Both the position numbers and the translations under genes were made by a program. 64,000 nt of DNA. Source: Acidimicrobiia bacterium (GTDB taxonomy: Bacteria > Actinomycetota > Acidimicrobiia > Spongiisociales > Spongiisociaceae). Where the stretch lies: contig JBFGLM010000021.1 in the NCBI GenBank assembly GCA_041576165.1, positions 1 through 64,000 of the forward strand. The letters are read 5' to 3'. Below are positions 9,957-20,135 of the stretch, piece by piece (within the stretch, counting starts at the first letter, position 1; the number at the start of each line of letters is the position of its first letter). The notes beneath the pieces were generated by a model. The model searched no databases. It was not told where the DNA came from and worked only from the letters and a program-made list of their open reading frames with translations.

Positions 9957-11051
9957 CTAGACATCGGGCGGGACATCAGGGTTGAATGCGGTGGGAACAG
10001 ATCCGGGTACCGCGCCGTCGGGTGTCGGGAGATCGTTGAGGCGATCGATCAGCTGGCGCAGTCGCCCGTACTGTCGACGGTCGAACGTGAACCGGATCCG
10101 CTCACACTCCAACGCATCCTGGTCGGCCACCTCGGCGTCGGTGGCGGCTATCACTTCCATTTCGCCGTCGGTGATGATGTCGGAGAATTCCTCGTTGAGC
10201 TTGCCCAGCTGATCCTCGGTCGGCGCGTAGCGCACTCGCAGCACGAGGCGGCCCGCGACGTAGCGCTGCGAGTGATAGTTCCGGTAGAAGTCGCAGATCT
10301 CATCGGCCGCCGCCCCTATGTCGGTGGTGATCAGAAACAGGTTGAGGTCGTCGGGGGCGATCATGCCTGCGTCGAGAAGTTCCTCCTCGACGAAGTGGCG
10401 CCATTGATTCCAGTAGGAGCCCCCGGGTGCTTCCAAGAACACGATGGGATGGAGGTCGGTCTTGCCGGTCTGTACCAGGGTCAGCAGTTCGAACGCCTCG
10501 TCCATGGTTCCGAAGCCGCCGGGCGCAATGACGAAAGCGTGCGACTCCTTCACAAAGCCCAGCTTGCGGGTGAAGAAGTACTTGAAATTGATGACCCGCT
10601 GATCGGGGATGAACTCGTTGGCGTTTGCTTCGAACGGCAGCCGGATGTTGACGCCGAAAGAGGCGTCCATTCCGGCGCCCCGGTTACCCGCTTCCATGAT
10701 GCCCGGGCCGGCCCCGGTGATCACCATCCATTTCCTGACGTGTGCCATGTGGTGGGCGAAGTCTTCGACCAGCCGATAGTTCGACTCTTGGGGCCGGGTA
10801 CGCGCAGAGCCAAAGATGGTGACTTTCATCCGCTCCCGGTATTGCGAGAACACCAGGGATGAATAGCGCATCTCCTTGAGCGCCGCGTTGAACAGCTTCA
10901 TCTCGCCGCGATCGGGCTGGTCACGATGAAGCTTCAACGCGGTTGTGATCAGCTCGGCCACCAGATCGGCGTCGGCGCCGTCCCCGGCCGCCGCCACCAG
11001 CTCGCGGATGGCAGCATCGAGTTCGGCGTTTCCCATCTCATATGATCTCAT
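9957..11051 (-). CDS. LOG family (TIGR00730) nucleotide-binding protein
   Basis: IFGSAR, TGAGPGIMEA, FKYFFTRK, PGGFGTMDE. Confidence 0.92.
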   Translation of the reverse strand: MRSYEMGNAELDAAIRELVAAAGDGADADLVAELITTALKLHRDQPDRGEMKLFNAALKEMRYSSLVFSQYRERMKVTIFGSARTRPQESNYRLVEDFAHHMAHVRKWMVITGAGPGIMEAGNRGAGMDASFGVNIRLPFEANANEFIPDQRVINFKYFFTRKLGFVKESHAFVIAPGGFGTMDEAFELLTLVQTGKTDLHPIVFLEAPGGSYWNQWRHFVEEELLDAGMIAPDDLNLFLITTDIGAAADEICDFYRNYHSQRYVAGRLVLRVRYAPTEDQLGKLNEEFSDIITDGEMEVIAATDAEVADQDALECERIRFTFDRRQYGRLRQLIDRLNDLPTPDGAVPGSVPTAFNPDVPPDV

Positions 11052-11113
11052 CGTGCCTCTGCGCAGTGCGGTGGGTAGCAAAGTTAGTCATACCCGGGAG
11101 CCATGCATCATGT

Positions 11114-11911
11114 TCAGTCGGTGATCGGGCCGTCGGCGACGTAGCGGGGATAGGTCGTCCGAGCCTGCGCAACCTCAGTGAGGTCGAGGTCAACCGTGAC
11201 GGCAGGCTCAGAGGAGGAAGTCATTGCGATGACCAGACCGTTGGTGGGCGAGGTGATCCACCCGGCGCCTGCCATCTCAACGCCAAGATCAACGGTGGCG
11301 GCATCAGGCGCGTGGTTGGAGGAAACACAAAACGCGCCGGAGATCAAGGCGGTCACCCGGGCGGCTGCCAGCCACCGGTCCAGTGTCTCGGCCGGAGTGG
11401 CCCGAGGCATACACAACAGTTGCACCCCGCCCTTGCCATAGGCACGGGCGTATTCAGGGAACCAGATCTCAGTGCAGATCTGGAATCCCATCCGCGCACC
11501 TCCGGCGTCGTGCGGCTGAAACTCCACGGGGCCGCGGGCGTACCAGCTGGCCTCCCAGAATCCCGGCTCATCGGGCAGGAACGTTTTGCGATGAGTCGGC
11601 TGATACCCACCGGTGGCCGACCAGACGAATCCCTCGTTGTATCGCAGTCCTTCGGACAAGATCGGGCGGGTGCCGGCGACCGTCACGGCCCCCAGTTCAG
11701 GGAGCCTCTTCAGCCACTCCGCATGGGCATCCACCGCCTCGATCCAGCGGGTGTTGCTCACGCGGCGGGTAGCCGGCAGCCATTCGAAGAACGGCATTTC
11801 CGGTAGAACGACCAGCTCAGGAGAGGTCGTGGCAACATGGGCGGACAGGCTCGCCCAATCCCGATCGAGCCGGCTGGGATGACCGCTCAGCTCACATACG
11901 GTCACGCGCAT
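11114..11911 (-). CDS. carbon-nitrogen hydrolase (nitrilase superfamily)
   Basis: VVLPE, HRKTFLP and QICTE give the E-K-C triad; ATG overlaps the ppx stop. Confidence 0.88.
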   Translation of the reverse strand: MRVTVCELSGHPSRLDRDWASLSAHVATTSPELVVLPEMPFFEWLPATRRVSNTRWIEAVDAHAEWLKRLPELGAVTVAGTRPILSEGLRYNEGFVWSATGGYQPTHRKTFLPDEPGFWEASWYARGPVEFQPHDAGGARMGFQICTEIWFPEYARAYGKGGVQLLCMPRATPAETLDRWLAAARVTALISGAFCVSSNHAPDAATVDLGVEMAGAGWITSPTNGLVIAMTSSSEPAVTVDLDLTEVAQARTTYPRYVADGPITD

Positions 11912-12795
11912 CAGTCGCCGCCCTGTCCGGCGAGCCCGTCGAGGAGATCGTGCTCCGATATCAGGACCTGGTCGATCCCAATGCGCCGCATGCACTCCCG
12001 GGCCACGATCGCTCCGCCCAAAATGACCGGCGCCCGGGCTGGATCGAGCGACGGTATTGCCGCGGTTTCGTCCAAGGTTCTGGCAGCGAGAGACACGACC
12101 AACCGATCGACATCCAGCCGAGACAGTCTGCTGTGGTGCACCGCGGCGCGGTCGTATCCAGGCAGTTCCTGAGCGATGGCCGACAGCGAAGTCCATGTGC
12201 CGGCAACCCCGATCACCTCCGATACGGCGGGTGGGGCCGGCAGCTGCGCCAGCAGGTCTGCGGCATGGCGGGCTGCGCGCTGAAGTTGCTCGAACGATGC
12301 CGGTCGGTCCGGCAGCGTTCGTTCGGTCAGCCGAACAGAGCCGACGTCGGCCGAGTGGGCGGCGTCAGCGGTGACGAACTCGGTGGAACCACCGCCGATA
12401 TCGACGACCAGCAGCGATACCGTGCCGAATCCGGCCGCGGCCCCGGCGAAGGCCAGTCGAGCTTCTTCCTCGCCTGAGATGACTTTGGGCCACACGCCGA
12501 GGGCCGTCTCCGCGGCGCGTAGAAACTCCTCCCGGTTGGAGGCGTCGCGGGTCGCGGACGTGGCGACCGCGACCACTCGCTCGGCCCGGAGCTCTCCGGC
12601 CCTACGCGCGTAGTGGTTGAGCGTCTCGACAGTGCGCGTCATGGCGTCGTCCGCCAACTGCCCGGACCGATCAACTCCGCGGCCGAGGCCGGTGACAGTG
12701 GTCCGGCGGTCGAGTTCCCGCGAGCCGTCGCCAGAGTGCTCCACGATCAGCAGCCGAGTGGAGTTGGTGCCGATGTCGACTGCAGCCACACGCAT
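11911..12795 (-). CDS. ppx: Ppx/GppA exopolyphosphatase (short form)
   Basis: DIGTNS, ATSATRDA, GEEEA, DIGGGSTE. Confidence 0.93.
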   Translation of the reverse strand: MRVAAVDIGTNSTRLLIVEHSGDGSRELDRRTTVTGLGRGVDRSGQLADDAMTRTVETLNHYARRAGELRAERVVAVATSATRDASNREEFLRAAETALGVWPKVISGEEEARLAFAGAAAGFGTVSLLVVDIGGGSTEFVTADAAHSADVGSVRLTERTLPDRPASFEQLQRAARHAADLLAQLPAPPAVSEVIGVAGTWTSLSAIAQELPGYDRAAVHHSRLSRLDVDRLVVSLAARTLDETAAIPSLDPARAPVILGGAIVARECMRRIGIDQVLISEHDLLDGLAGQGGD

Positions 12796-12849
12796 TCCCG
12801 GACGGTAGCCGGGTCGGGAGAACCGACGTGGTCACGGACGGGCGGTCGG

Positions 12850-14046
12850 TCACGGCAGCAGGACGAGCGATCGGGCCAGGAAGCTGGCCATCTGGTCGCG
12901 CCGGACCCGATCGCGGGGGCAATACTGCGTCCCAGCCGTGTCACACCCGAAGGTGATGCCGTGGGCGCGGATGGTATTTATGGCGGCTTCGTGAGTGTTC
13001 CCGGTGTCGTCGGTGAAATAGTCAGTCGGCATGGATGTGAGATTCAAAGCGCGCGCCAACAGACTGGCCATCTGGTCGCGCGTGACGTGGCTGTCCGGCT
13101 CGAACTCGCCATCGCCCGTTCCGAGTGCGATACCGGCGGTGGCGACGGCATTGATGCCGGATTCGTGGCTGTTGCCGTCGTCGTCGGTGAAGTGGTCGGC
13201 AGTAGCGGCGGGAAGTGCGAGCATGCGAGCAAGAAAGCTCGCCATTTGTCCGCGGCTGACGGGCGCGGCGGGACAGTAGCGAGTGCCGCCGCAGCCGGTG
13301 GTGATGCCGGCGGCGGCGATCGTCTCGATGTTCGATTCGTGGACATTCCCGTCATCGTCGGAGAACGACCCGATGAACGAACCGCCGCTTTCGAAAAAGA
13401 ACGCCTGCAGCTCCTCGCCCCACATGATCCGGCCCGCCTCGTTGGGGTGGCAGTCGTCGGGTGACACAGTGGCCGGGGTGAGTGGCGAAACGTCGGGGCC
13501 CCTGGCGGCCCAGCCCTGGGCGGCCACCTGATCGGCCAACGTTCGCGCCACGATCGGCCCGGTGGTGCCCGAGATCGGACACACCACGCCTTCGAAGTCG
13601 TTCATCGGTGACACCCAGATGGTCGTTCCCGGGGCGCGGGCGGCAATCTCGGCGGCGATGTCCTCCACCGCCTGGTAATCGGCGTCGGTTGGTACGGGCG
13701 ACCCGGTGTCACGCAGACACAACATCCAGAAGATGTCAGTGGTCTGGGGATACTGCGCCAGAAGGGTCTCGAAACGATCCCAATACTTGGCCCGGCCGGG
13801 TGTCCAGTCGTGGATGGCGCCGCCGCCATAACCCGCCCCGGCCATGTCCCAGGAATTGGAATAGCCAGCCTCGTGGTGGCCGACCATGACACCCTCTGTC
13901 TGGGAGCAGCCGACCGCACCCAGCAAGGTTGTCTGGGCTACCGAGTCGTCCGCTCGGACGACCAAGGTGACCACGAGCAACACCACTGCTACCGCTGCTT
14001 TGTGCCGTTGACGTTCCCAGCCCAATGACAAGCCCCCAAACCCCAT
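12850..14046 (-). CDS. secreted SGNH-hydrolase-like protein with C-terminal SLH domains
   Basis: Signal-like hydrophobic stretch; GCSQT...DDCHPN; three SLH repeats (F.DD.GN.HE..I...GI..G...V.R.QMAS.LAR). Start uncertain. Confidence 0.75.
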   Translation of the reverse strand: MGFGGLSLGWERQRHKAAVAVVLLVVTLVVRADDSVAQTTLLGAVGCSQTEGVMVGHHEAGYSNSWDMAGAGYGGGAIHDWTPGRAKYWDRFETLLAQYPQTTDIFWMLCLRDTGSPVPTDADYQAVEDIAAEIAARAPGTTIWVSPMNDFEGVVCPISGTTGPIVARTLADQVAAQGWAARGPDVSPLTPATVSPDDCHPNEAGRIMWGEELQAFFFESGGSFIGSFSDDDGNVHESNIETIAAAGITTGCGGTRYCPAAPVSRGQMASFLARMLALPAATADHFTDDDGNSHESGINAVATAGIALGTGDGEFEPDSHVTRDQMASLLARALNLTSMPTDYFTDDTGNTHEAAINTIRAHGITFGCDTAGTQYCPRDRVRRDQMASFLARSLVLLP

Positions 14047-14138
14047 CCGGGAGGGTACCGAGCGGGATAGGGGTGATTCAAGATCCCGGCGTCAGTCGAG
14101 GATCGAGGCTCGCCGGCGTCGCCGTCACGCGGAGCTCA

Positions 14139-15131
14139 TCAGTCGTTGAACGGTGGATCCGACGGCCCGCGCCGCACGCAGGCATTCCACACCGTCTCGT
14201 AGTGGTCGATGTCGTATGAGTCGATGTGCGGCAGCACCATGCACTCCCACGCCTCGCGCAGTGGATCCTCCCGGCCGGCGAACATCCGCAGCCCGGCCGG
14301 AACCCGATCCAACACGGTCCGCAAGCTCATCGGCGTCTCGACCCGGGTCCCCGAGTCCGACGACAGGAAGGACTCGTTGACCTCGGCCGCCAACCTGCTC
14401 AGCGCATCGACATACGGCTCTTGCAACTGCGGATAACGGCGGACGATCATCGACGCGATCTGCTCCTGGCTCGGGAAGTCCTTCTGCCAGATGACCCAGC
14501 GGTCGGCGAACGCCTTGTTCAAGTTCTGGGTACCGGCGTAGTCGCGCAGGTCCGTCGGGTTCATCGTGCCAAACATGCGAATGTCCTCGCGCAGCCGCAC
14601 GGTCTCGCCGGTGGGCAAATCAAGCGCCTGGTAGCGGTCCAGCAGGCCGTGCAACGCGAACAACGTCTCGGCCCCGGCCGCATTCAGTTCGCTCAGGTTG
14701 ACCAAGGCAGGACCTCGCAACGCCCGGGTGATGTCGCCGTCCTCCCACCGCGACGACGTTCCGCCTTTGCCATCTCCATACAGCTTGACCGACCCGATGA
14801 GAGTGATGTCGCGGACCTCACCGGTCAGCGGGATCCGGTAGTAGGGCAGCCGCATCAGGGCTGCGAACTGCTCGATATCGTGATCTTTACCGGTCCCCAT
14901 GTGGCCCCGCACCGCCAGGTGAAGCGGGGTGTCGCCCCCGTGGGTCCGCCGGACCTGTTCGATCTGGGCGAACCGATACAGCATGCCGAGATCGACGTAG
15001 TGGGGATCCGGGTCTGGGATCTTCCCCACGCGCTGCTCCCGGTTGGGGATGTCGTCGGGCACCTCGATGGTGGTCAGCTCGATCGGCTTGCCGTCGCCGG
15101 TCGGGTCGTGGAACGTCACCGTGTCAGGCAC
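14139..15131 (-). CDS. MoxR/CbbQ/CobS-like AAA+ protein with atypical Walker motifs
   Basis: GHMGTGKD, WEDG.IT.A, LVNLSELN, GTMNP, YAGTQNLNKAFADRW. GTG start at 15131 with GAAAGGA upstream, overlapping the VWA stop. Confidence 0.85.
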   Translation of the reverse strand: MPDTVTFHDPTGDGKPIELTTIEVPDDIPNREQRVGKIPDPDPHYVDLGMLYRFAQIEQVRRTHGGDTPLHLAVRGHMGTGKDHDIEQFAALMRLPYYRIPLTGEVRDITLIGSVKLYGDGKGGTSSRWEDGDITRALRGPALVNLSELNAAGAETLFALHGLLDRYQALDLPTGETVRLREDIRMFGTMNPTDLRDYAGTQNLNKAFADRWVIWQKDFPSQEQIASMIVRRYPQLQEPYVDALSRLAAEVNESFLSSDSGTRVETPMSLRTVLDRVPAGLRMFAGREDPLREAWECMVLPHIDSYDIDHYETVWNACVRRGPSDPPFND

Positions 15132-17226
15132 TTTGTCGGTCCTTTCGTAGTACGGGTCCACGCCGTCCGGCGCGTATCCACCAGGTTTCTTCTCCAAAGA
15201 GGGCGAGGCTTCGCCGCAATGCGCCGCGAACGCCATCCACCATCGACTGGGCAAGGACGTCCGGACGGCTGACGACCTCGCTGCGGCTGTAGGCAAGCTC
15301 AACCGTGTCATCGCCGATGCCGATGCCGAGCACCGTGGTGCCCTGATGCTCGACGGCGTCGACCGCACCGGCGAGAGCCTCGACCGATCCGCGGGTCATC
15401 CCATCGGCCAGCACCACCATCACCCGGACGTCGGCCCGCTGGGCGGCCATCCGCTGGGCGGCGTAGGTCACGTTGTATTCGTCGACGTTGGCCGCTTTCT
15501 CAAACATGGAGACGGGCGGTGTCTCGCGTGGGGCCCGCCGAGCCTGGGTGGCGGCATCGGCGGGCGACATGGCCGACCAGAACATGCCGGCCAGCACGTC
15601 CTCAGACCGGCGCCACGGCTCGTCGTAGCCGGAGATCAGGTAATGGTTGACCGTCGTTGTCAGCCGGTCCGCTGCCGCCCCCTGAGCGCGCCGGAGGGCC
15701 CCCCTCGCGGAACTGCGGCGCCGGGTATAGCTCCACTCGGTGTCGCTGGGCCGGGCCGCGAATGCCCGGTTGAAGATGGCCACCTCGAAGGAAATCTGCA
15801 GCTGGTCGCACATAGCGGCCAGCGTCCAGGCGCCCAGCATGGCGGCTGCCAGACCCCAAGGCGAGCGGTCACCGGGATGGCTCAGGCGGCGCGGCTGCAG
15901 CATCGACGCCGACCCGTCGACCAGCAGACTGACTGCGTAGGAACGGCGCATCTGCAGCGACCGGCGTTCGAACATCCGCTCGTAGAGGCCGGCCCCGAGG
16001 AAGAGCGCCGAGTATGGCGACAGGTCCCCGGCGTCGTAACCCGAACGCAGTCCCCGCCGCTGGTTGGCGATGAACAGCGGATGGAGCTCTCCGGACACGT
16101 GACGCTGGTCGACGCCCCAGCGGGCGGCAGCCTCGTAGATCGCAGCCCGCCCATCCGTCGCGAACGAACGGAAGCGGTCCGGCACAGTGGACACGATCAG
16201 TTTGCCGCCCTGCCCGGTGGGGAGGTAGACCGTGGGCGACTGGCTGACCAGCAGGATCTGATCAGTCGCGTCATCGCCGCCAATTTCCGCATCGTCCTTC
16301 CGGCCGGACTCGCCGGCGCGCGCTTCGGAGGCTTTCTTGGCTTCGTCGTACCCGGTGGTGTCCTGCACGACCGGGCTCAGCAGGCGGATCCGGTCCACAC
16401 CCTCGGCGATCGAGTCGTGTTCGGCTGCTTCTCGAGTGTTGCGGTCGGCCACGGTTTCACTCTCAGCCATTTCCGTGACGAGACCGTGCAGGCGGGCGAT
16501 CGTCAGCAGCTGGAGCGCCAGGTGACCCACCTCCCACGGACCCTCTGCGTCGGTTACCTGGTCGATGAACGCGGTCGCATCTCCGAGGGCGACGGCGGCC
16601 CGGGGATCGATCTTGCGCTCCAGTTCTTCGCGTTCGGCGTAGCCACCGCTCAAGAGGAACGCGCTGAGCGCGTACTGACCCAGTGGGCCGGATTGGGAGA
16701 TGGCTTCGGTGATGGACGCCCGATAGATGTCGGCGAGGACCGAGTGAGCTCCGGGATAGGTGCGCAGTCCGATCCGCTCCTGACGGGCGTCCTCCAGCGC
16801 GAAGAACAGTGCTTCCGCGGCCCGACCGCCGGCCCGATCGAGTGCGTCGAGCAGCGCAAGCGGTTCTGCGGCCGGCTCCTTGTCGGGCGGCACCCACTCC
16901 GGTGGGAGGGGACGTCGTTCCTCGAAATCGGTGGACACGAGGTGCACAACCTCGTGCAGCGCGGAGGCCAGCGCGGTCTCCTCGGGGGTCACGGGTGCCC
17001 GGCGCCCGTACGCGGCCTGGAAGAGGCTGGGATCGACCACCACCTCGTTCTCACCGGCACGGGTTTCAGATCCCAGCGTGACACGCAGGTTCTCGTTACC
17101 GGACAAGCTCCGGGCAAAACGGGTCACTGCGCCCGCGACCCGCTGGTACCTGGCGACCACAGCCTCGATCGCCCGGTCTTCGGGCGCGAGAATCTCCATC
17201 AGCATCGAGCGGTCTCGTGAGGCCAT
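15124..17226 (-). CDS. CobT/NorD-like VWA domain protein with N-terminal HExxH region
   Basis: LHEVVH, ALEDARQE, MIDAS LLVDGSASM and VLADG, GIGIG; GGAGG before the ATG. Confidence 0.85.
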   Translation of the reverse strand: MASRDRSMLMEILAPEDRAIEAVVARYQRVAGAVTRFARSLSGNENLRVTLGSETRAGENEVVVDPSLFQAAYGRRAPVTPEETALASALHEVVHLVSTDFEERRPLPPEWVPPDKEPAAEPLALLDALDRAGGRAAEALFFALEDARQERIGLRTYPGAHSVLADIYRASITEAISQSGPLGQYALSAFLLSGGYAEREELERKIDPRAAVALGDATAFIDQVTDAEGPWEVGHLALQLLTIARLHGLVTEMAESETVADRNTREAAEHDSIAEGVDRIRLLSPVVQDTTGYDEAKKASEARAGESGRKDDAEIGGDDATDQILLVSQSPTVYLPTGQGGKLIVSTVPDRFRSFATDGRAAIYEAAARWGVDQRHVSGELHPLFIANQRRGLRSGYDAGDLSPYSALFLGAGLYERMFERRSLQMRRSYAVSLLVDGSASMLQPRRLSHPGDRSPWGLAAAMLGAWTLAAMCDQLQISFEVAIFNRAFAARPSDTEWSYTRRRSSARGALRRAQGAAADRLTTTVNHYLISGYDEPWRRSEDVLAGMFWSAMSPADAATQARRAPRETPPVSMFEKAANVDEYNVTYAAQRMAAQRADVRVMVVLADGMTRGSVEALAGAVDAVEHQGTTVLGIGIGDDTVELAYSRSEVVSRPDVLAQSMVDGVRGALRRSLALFGEETWWIRAGRRGPVLRKDRQSA

Positions 17227-17320
17227 AAGCCTCCATTGTCTCACATGTCCCGTCCGCTCAAACCCGGTGCTGGGCTTGCTTTTCCGGACGGCGGGCCGGT
17301 TTCTTCGTTAGCGTCGCCGA

Positions 17321-18181
17321 ATGGAGTTCCGGGAACACCGAGTCCCATCCGAGGGTGCGGAGCTGTACGTGCGGGAGTACGGATCGAGTGATGCTCCGCT
17401 GCTGATCGCTCTGCACGGCTGGCCCGATTCCAGCCGGGGCTGGTCGGAGGCGGCCCCCCTGCTGGCCGAGCACTTCCGCGTTCTGGTGCCGGACAATCGA
17501 GGATTCGGACGCTCAGACAAACCGGTGGGGACGGCCGCGTATCGAATGGGCCGTCTCGTAGGCGACGTGGCCGCACTGGGTGCGTGGGCGGGGGTCGCGC
17601 GCTTCTACCTGACGGGGCACGACTTCGGATCTGTGGTGACGTGGGGTTCGTGCATGTTTGCTCCGACGATGGTGGAACGGGCCGTCACCATGGCCGGCCC
17701 CCATCCGATGCGCATGAAGTCCGCCGCCGGCGACCTCCGCCAGCTCATGAAAGCGGCATACACCTTTTTGATGAATGCCGGCCCGGAGGGAGAAGCGCTA
17801 CTCGCCGCCCAGAACTTCCGGCTGCTCGAACGCCTGGCGTTCGGGACCAACCCGGCAATCAGCGAGGACGCGCGGGCCGCCTACCGGCAGGAATGGTCTC
17901 AAACGGGAACCTTCACCGCGATGGCTGAGTGGTACCGAGCCCATTACTCACCGAGCCTCCTCAACCCCGACGTGCCACTCGAGTTGCCGAAGACGGAGGT
18001 TCCGATTCGCTACATCCACGGAACCGACGACTTTGCGTTCATCCCCGAACTGGCCGAGACGAACGAGCCGTTTGTGGCGGGACCCTACGACCACGTCCTG
18101 ATCGACACGACGCACTGGATGCTCTACGAACGTCCTCGCGAGGTTGCGGATCTGATCACCGGATGGATGCTCAGCGACTGA
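17321..18181 (+). CDS. alpha/beta hydrolase, epoxide hydrolase-like
   Basis: LHGWP, PDNRGFGRS, GHDFG (Asp nucleophile), THW. Confidence 0.88.
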   Translation: MEFREHRVPSEGAELYVREYGSSDAPLLIALHGWPDSSRGWSEAAPLLAEHFRVLVPDNRGFGRSDKPVGTAAYRMGRLVGDVAALGAWAGVARFYLTGHDFGSVVTWGSCMFAPTMVERAVTMAGPHPMRMKSAAGDLRQLMKAAYTFLMNAGPEGEALLAAQNFRLLERLAFGTNPAISEDARAAYRQEWSQTGTFTAMAEWYRAHYSPSLLNPDVPLELPKTEVPIRYIHGTDDFAFIPELAETNEPFVAGPYDHVLIDTTHWMLYERPREVADLITGWMLSD

Positions 18182-18209
18182 GCCTCGCACCGGGCATTCA
18201 GATCGGGAG

Positions 18210-19043
18210 TCAGGCGAGCAACGCCAGCACCAGGCTGATCGCCGCGACCGCGGCGGCGAGCAGAGTCCTTTTGACGTCGTCCTTGGGCACAGGAGCCAGA
18301 TAGAGCCAAGCCGAGATGACCGCGACCCCTGCCAGCAGACCGCCCACGTGGGCCTGCCAGGCGATGTTGAGCCCGGGGGCGAGGAACGGCAGTGCCAGGT
18401 TGATCAGCAGCAGGACTGCCAGGTTGCGGAATTGGGCGGCTCCGGCCGGCGTGTTGCGCATTCGATAGGAGGCACCGATCCACGCTCCGAACAGGCCGAA
18501 GATCGCTCCGCTGGCACCCACGGCGGCGTTGTCGCCACCGAAGTACAGAAACGCCGCACCACCGGCCAGGGCCGATGCGATGTACAACATCACGAATGGG
18601 AGGCTGCCAAACCGTCGCTCCAGCGATGGGCCGAATAGGTACAGGGCGTACATGTTGAACGCAATATGCATCACGCTGCCGTGGAGGAACGCCGCGGTTA
18701 CCAGGCGCCAATACTCGCCGGCCCGGACGAACTCGTTGATCTGGGCGAAGTCGAGCTGGAACGACGCAGAACCCCGCTGCACGAAGAACACGAGAATTGT
18801 GAGCGCAATGATGCCGGTGACGACCGGCGAGCTCGAGCGGGTTTGCCGCGCGCGAATAACCCGGGTCGTTCCCGCCCGGGCGACGCATTCGGGGCACCGC
18901 TGGCCGACCGCGGCGTCGTAGCTGCAATCCGGGCATATCGAGCGCCCGCATTGGGAGCACGAAAGGTGAGTAACCCGGTCGGTGTGGCGGTAGCAGACCG
19001 GGGCCGCGCTGAGGTCGGCCGGGTCGCGGGGCTCAGGGTTCAT
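18210..19043 (-). CDS. rhomboid intramembrane serine protease with N-terminal B-box-like Zn finger
   Basis: CYRH..CSQC..ICPDC..CPEC, WRLVT, H..FN, GASG, AHVGG. Confidence 0.92.
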   Translation of the reverse strand: MNPEPRDPADLSAAPVCYRHTDRVTHLSCSQCGRSICPDCSYDAAVGQRCPECVARAGTTRVIRARQTRSSSPVVTGIIALTILVFFVQRGSASFQLDFAQINEFVRAGEYWRLVTAAFLHGSVMHIAFNMYALYLFGPSLERRFGSLPFVMLYIASALAGGAAFLYFGGDNAAVGASGAIFGLFGAWIGASYRMRNTPAGAAQFRNLAVLLLINLALPFLAPGLNIAWQAHVGGLLAGVAVISAWLYLAPVPKDDVKRTLLAAAVAAISLVLALLA

Positions 19044-19100
19044 GGGCACAGTGTATGGGTCTCGGACTTTACGCAGGCATAAAGCCTGACGGTGGTCGAC

Positions 19101-20021
19101 TCAAGCCGAGGCGGCGAAAGGTTGTATGACCCGCCGCATCCGGCGTCGGACCTGGCGCATCCGGAGCCGGTAGTAGTAGCGGCCGACGACACCAAAGCCT
19201 CGCAGCCGGTCTGCGGCGCTGATGTCGGGGATGCGAGCGACGAGCCGTGCCACCAGCCCGCAGAATTGGAGGCGTTGGGTCCGGGCGCTGACGCTGGACC
19301 GCACGCCGCGCCGGCCTGTGTAGCGGCGGAACGCTTCCGGGCCGGAGGGCGGCGTCGAGTAAGTGCGTCCGCACAGAAACTCGGGTACGTGAGCCCACGG
19401 CCCGGCAATGGCCAGCTCGCACGCAAACGCGAGATCACCAAACTGCATCGGACGGATGAGCCCCGTCGCCGTCAGCGCCGACCGGCGGACGAGCGTATAC
19501 ACCGGGTCGATCCAGAATGGGGAACCGGTGAGGAGCGTGAGGATCTCGGCCAGGCGATCAACGGGATGGTCCGATGTCACCCGGGGGCCTGTGTACCGCT
19601 CGCGGTGTTGGGTGCCGTCGGGTTCGACATACTCCTGATAGCTGGTCACGGCGACGACGTCCGGCCGGCTGTCGAACGCAGTGACGAGGCGCGCGAGATA
19701 GTCGGGCTCCAACCAATCGTCGTCGCCCATCCACCGGAACAACTCGCCCGTAGCCAACTGAGCCACCGCGGCAAAGTTCCCGTTCTGGCCCAGGTTCTCG
19801 GGATGACGGACGTACCTCACCCGTGAATCCGTCGCGGCGTACGCCTCCATCACGGCCTCGGTGCCGTCGGTGGAACCGTTGTCGGCGACGATGAGCTCGA
19901 AGTCGCTGAATGTCTGCTGGAGAACAGAATCGACGGCCATCTCGATGGTCTGCCTGCTGTTGAAGACCGGCATTCCAATCGTGACGCGCGGCGACCCCGG
20001 CCTCGCCTCGTTCACGCTCAT
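19101..20021 (-). CDS. glycosyltransferase family 2
   Basis: IGMPVFN, DNGSTDGT, WMGDDD; GGAGG before the ATG. Confidence 0.9.
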   Translation of the reverse strand: MSVNEARPGSPRVTIGMPVFNSRQTIEMAVDSVLQQTFSDFELIVADNGSTDGTEAVMEAYAATDSRVRYVRHPENLGQNGNFAAVAQLATGELFRWMGDDDWLEPDYLARLVTAFDSRPDVVAVTSYQEYVEPDGTQHRERYTGPRVTSDHPVDRLAEILTLLTGSPFWIDPVYTLVRRSALTATGLIRPMQFGDLAFACELAIAGPWAHVPEFLCGRTYSTPPSGPEAFRRYTGRRGVRSSVSARTQRLQFCGLVARLVARIPDISAADRLRGFGVVGRYYYRLRMRQVRRRMRRVIQPFAASA

Positions 20022-20135
20022 TGCGTCCTCCGGAACCTCGAGTCTATGCAAGGTGGCGCCTCAAACACGGAACGTGGTGACGGCGTACAGAGCCTGACAA
20101 GCCATAAGCGCTGCCCATGTTTCTAACATCGTCTG

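Noticed and set aside
14139-17226. calling the VWA/AAA+ pair cobaltochelatase CobST
   Set aside because: No cobN or other cobalamin genes are nearby and the Walker motifs are atypical; only family-level similarity is supported.
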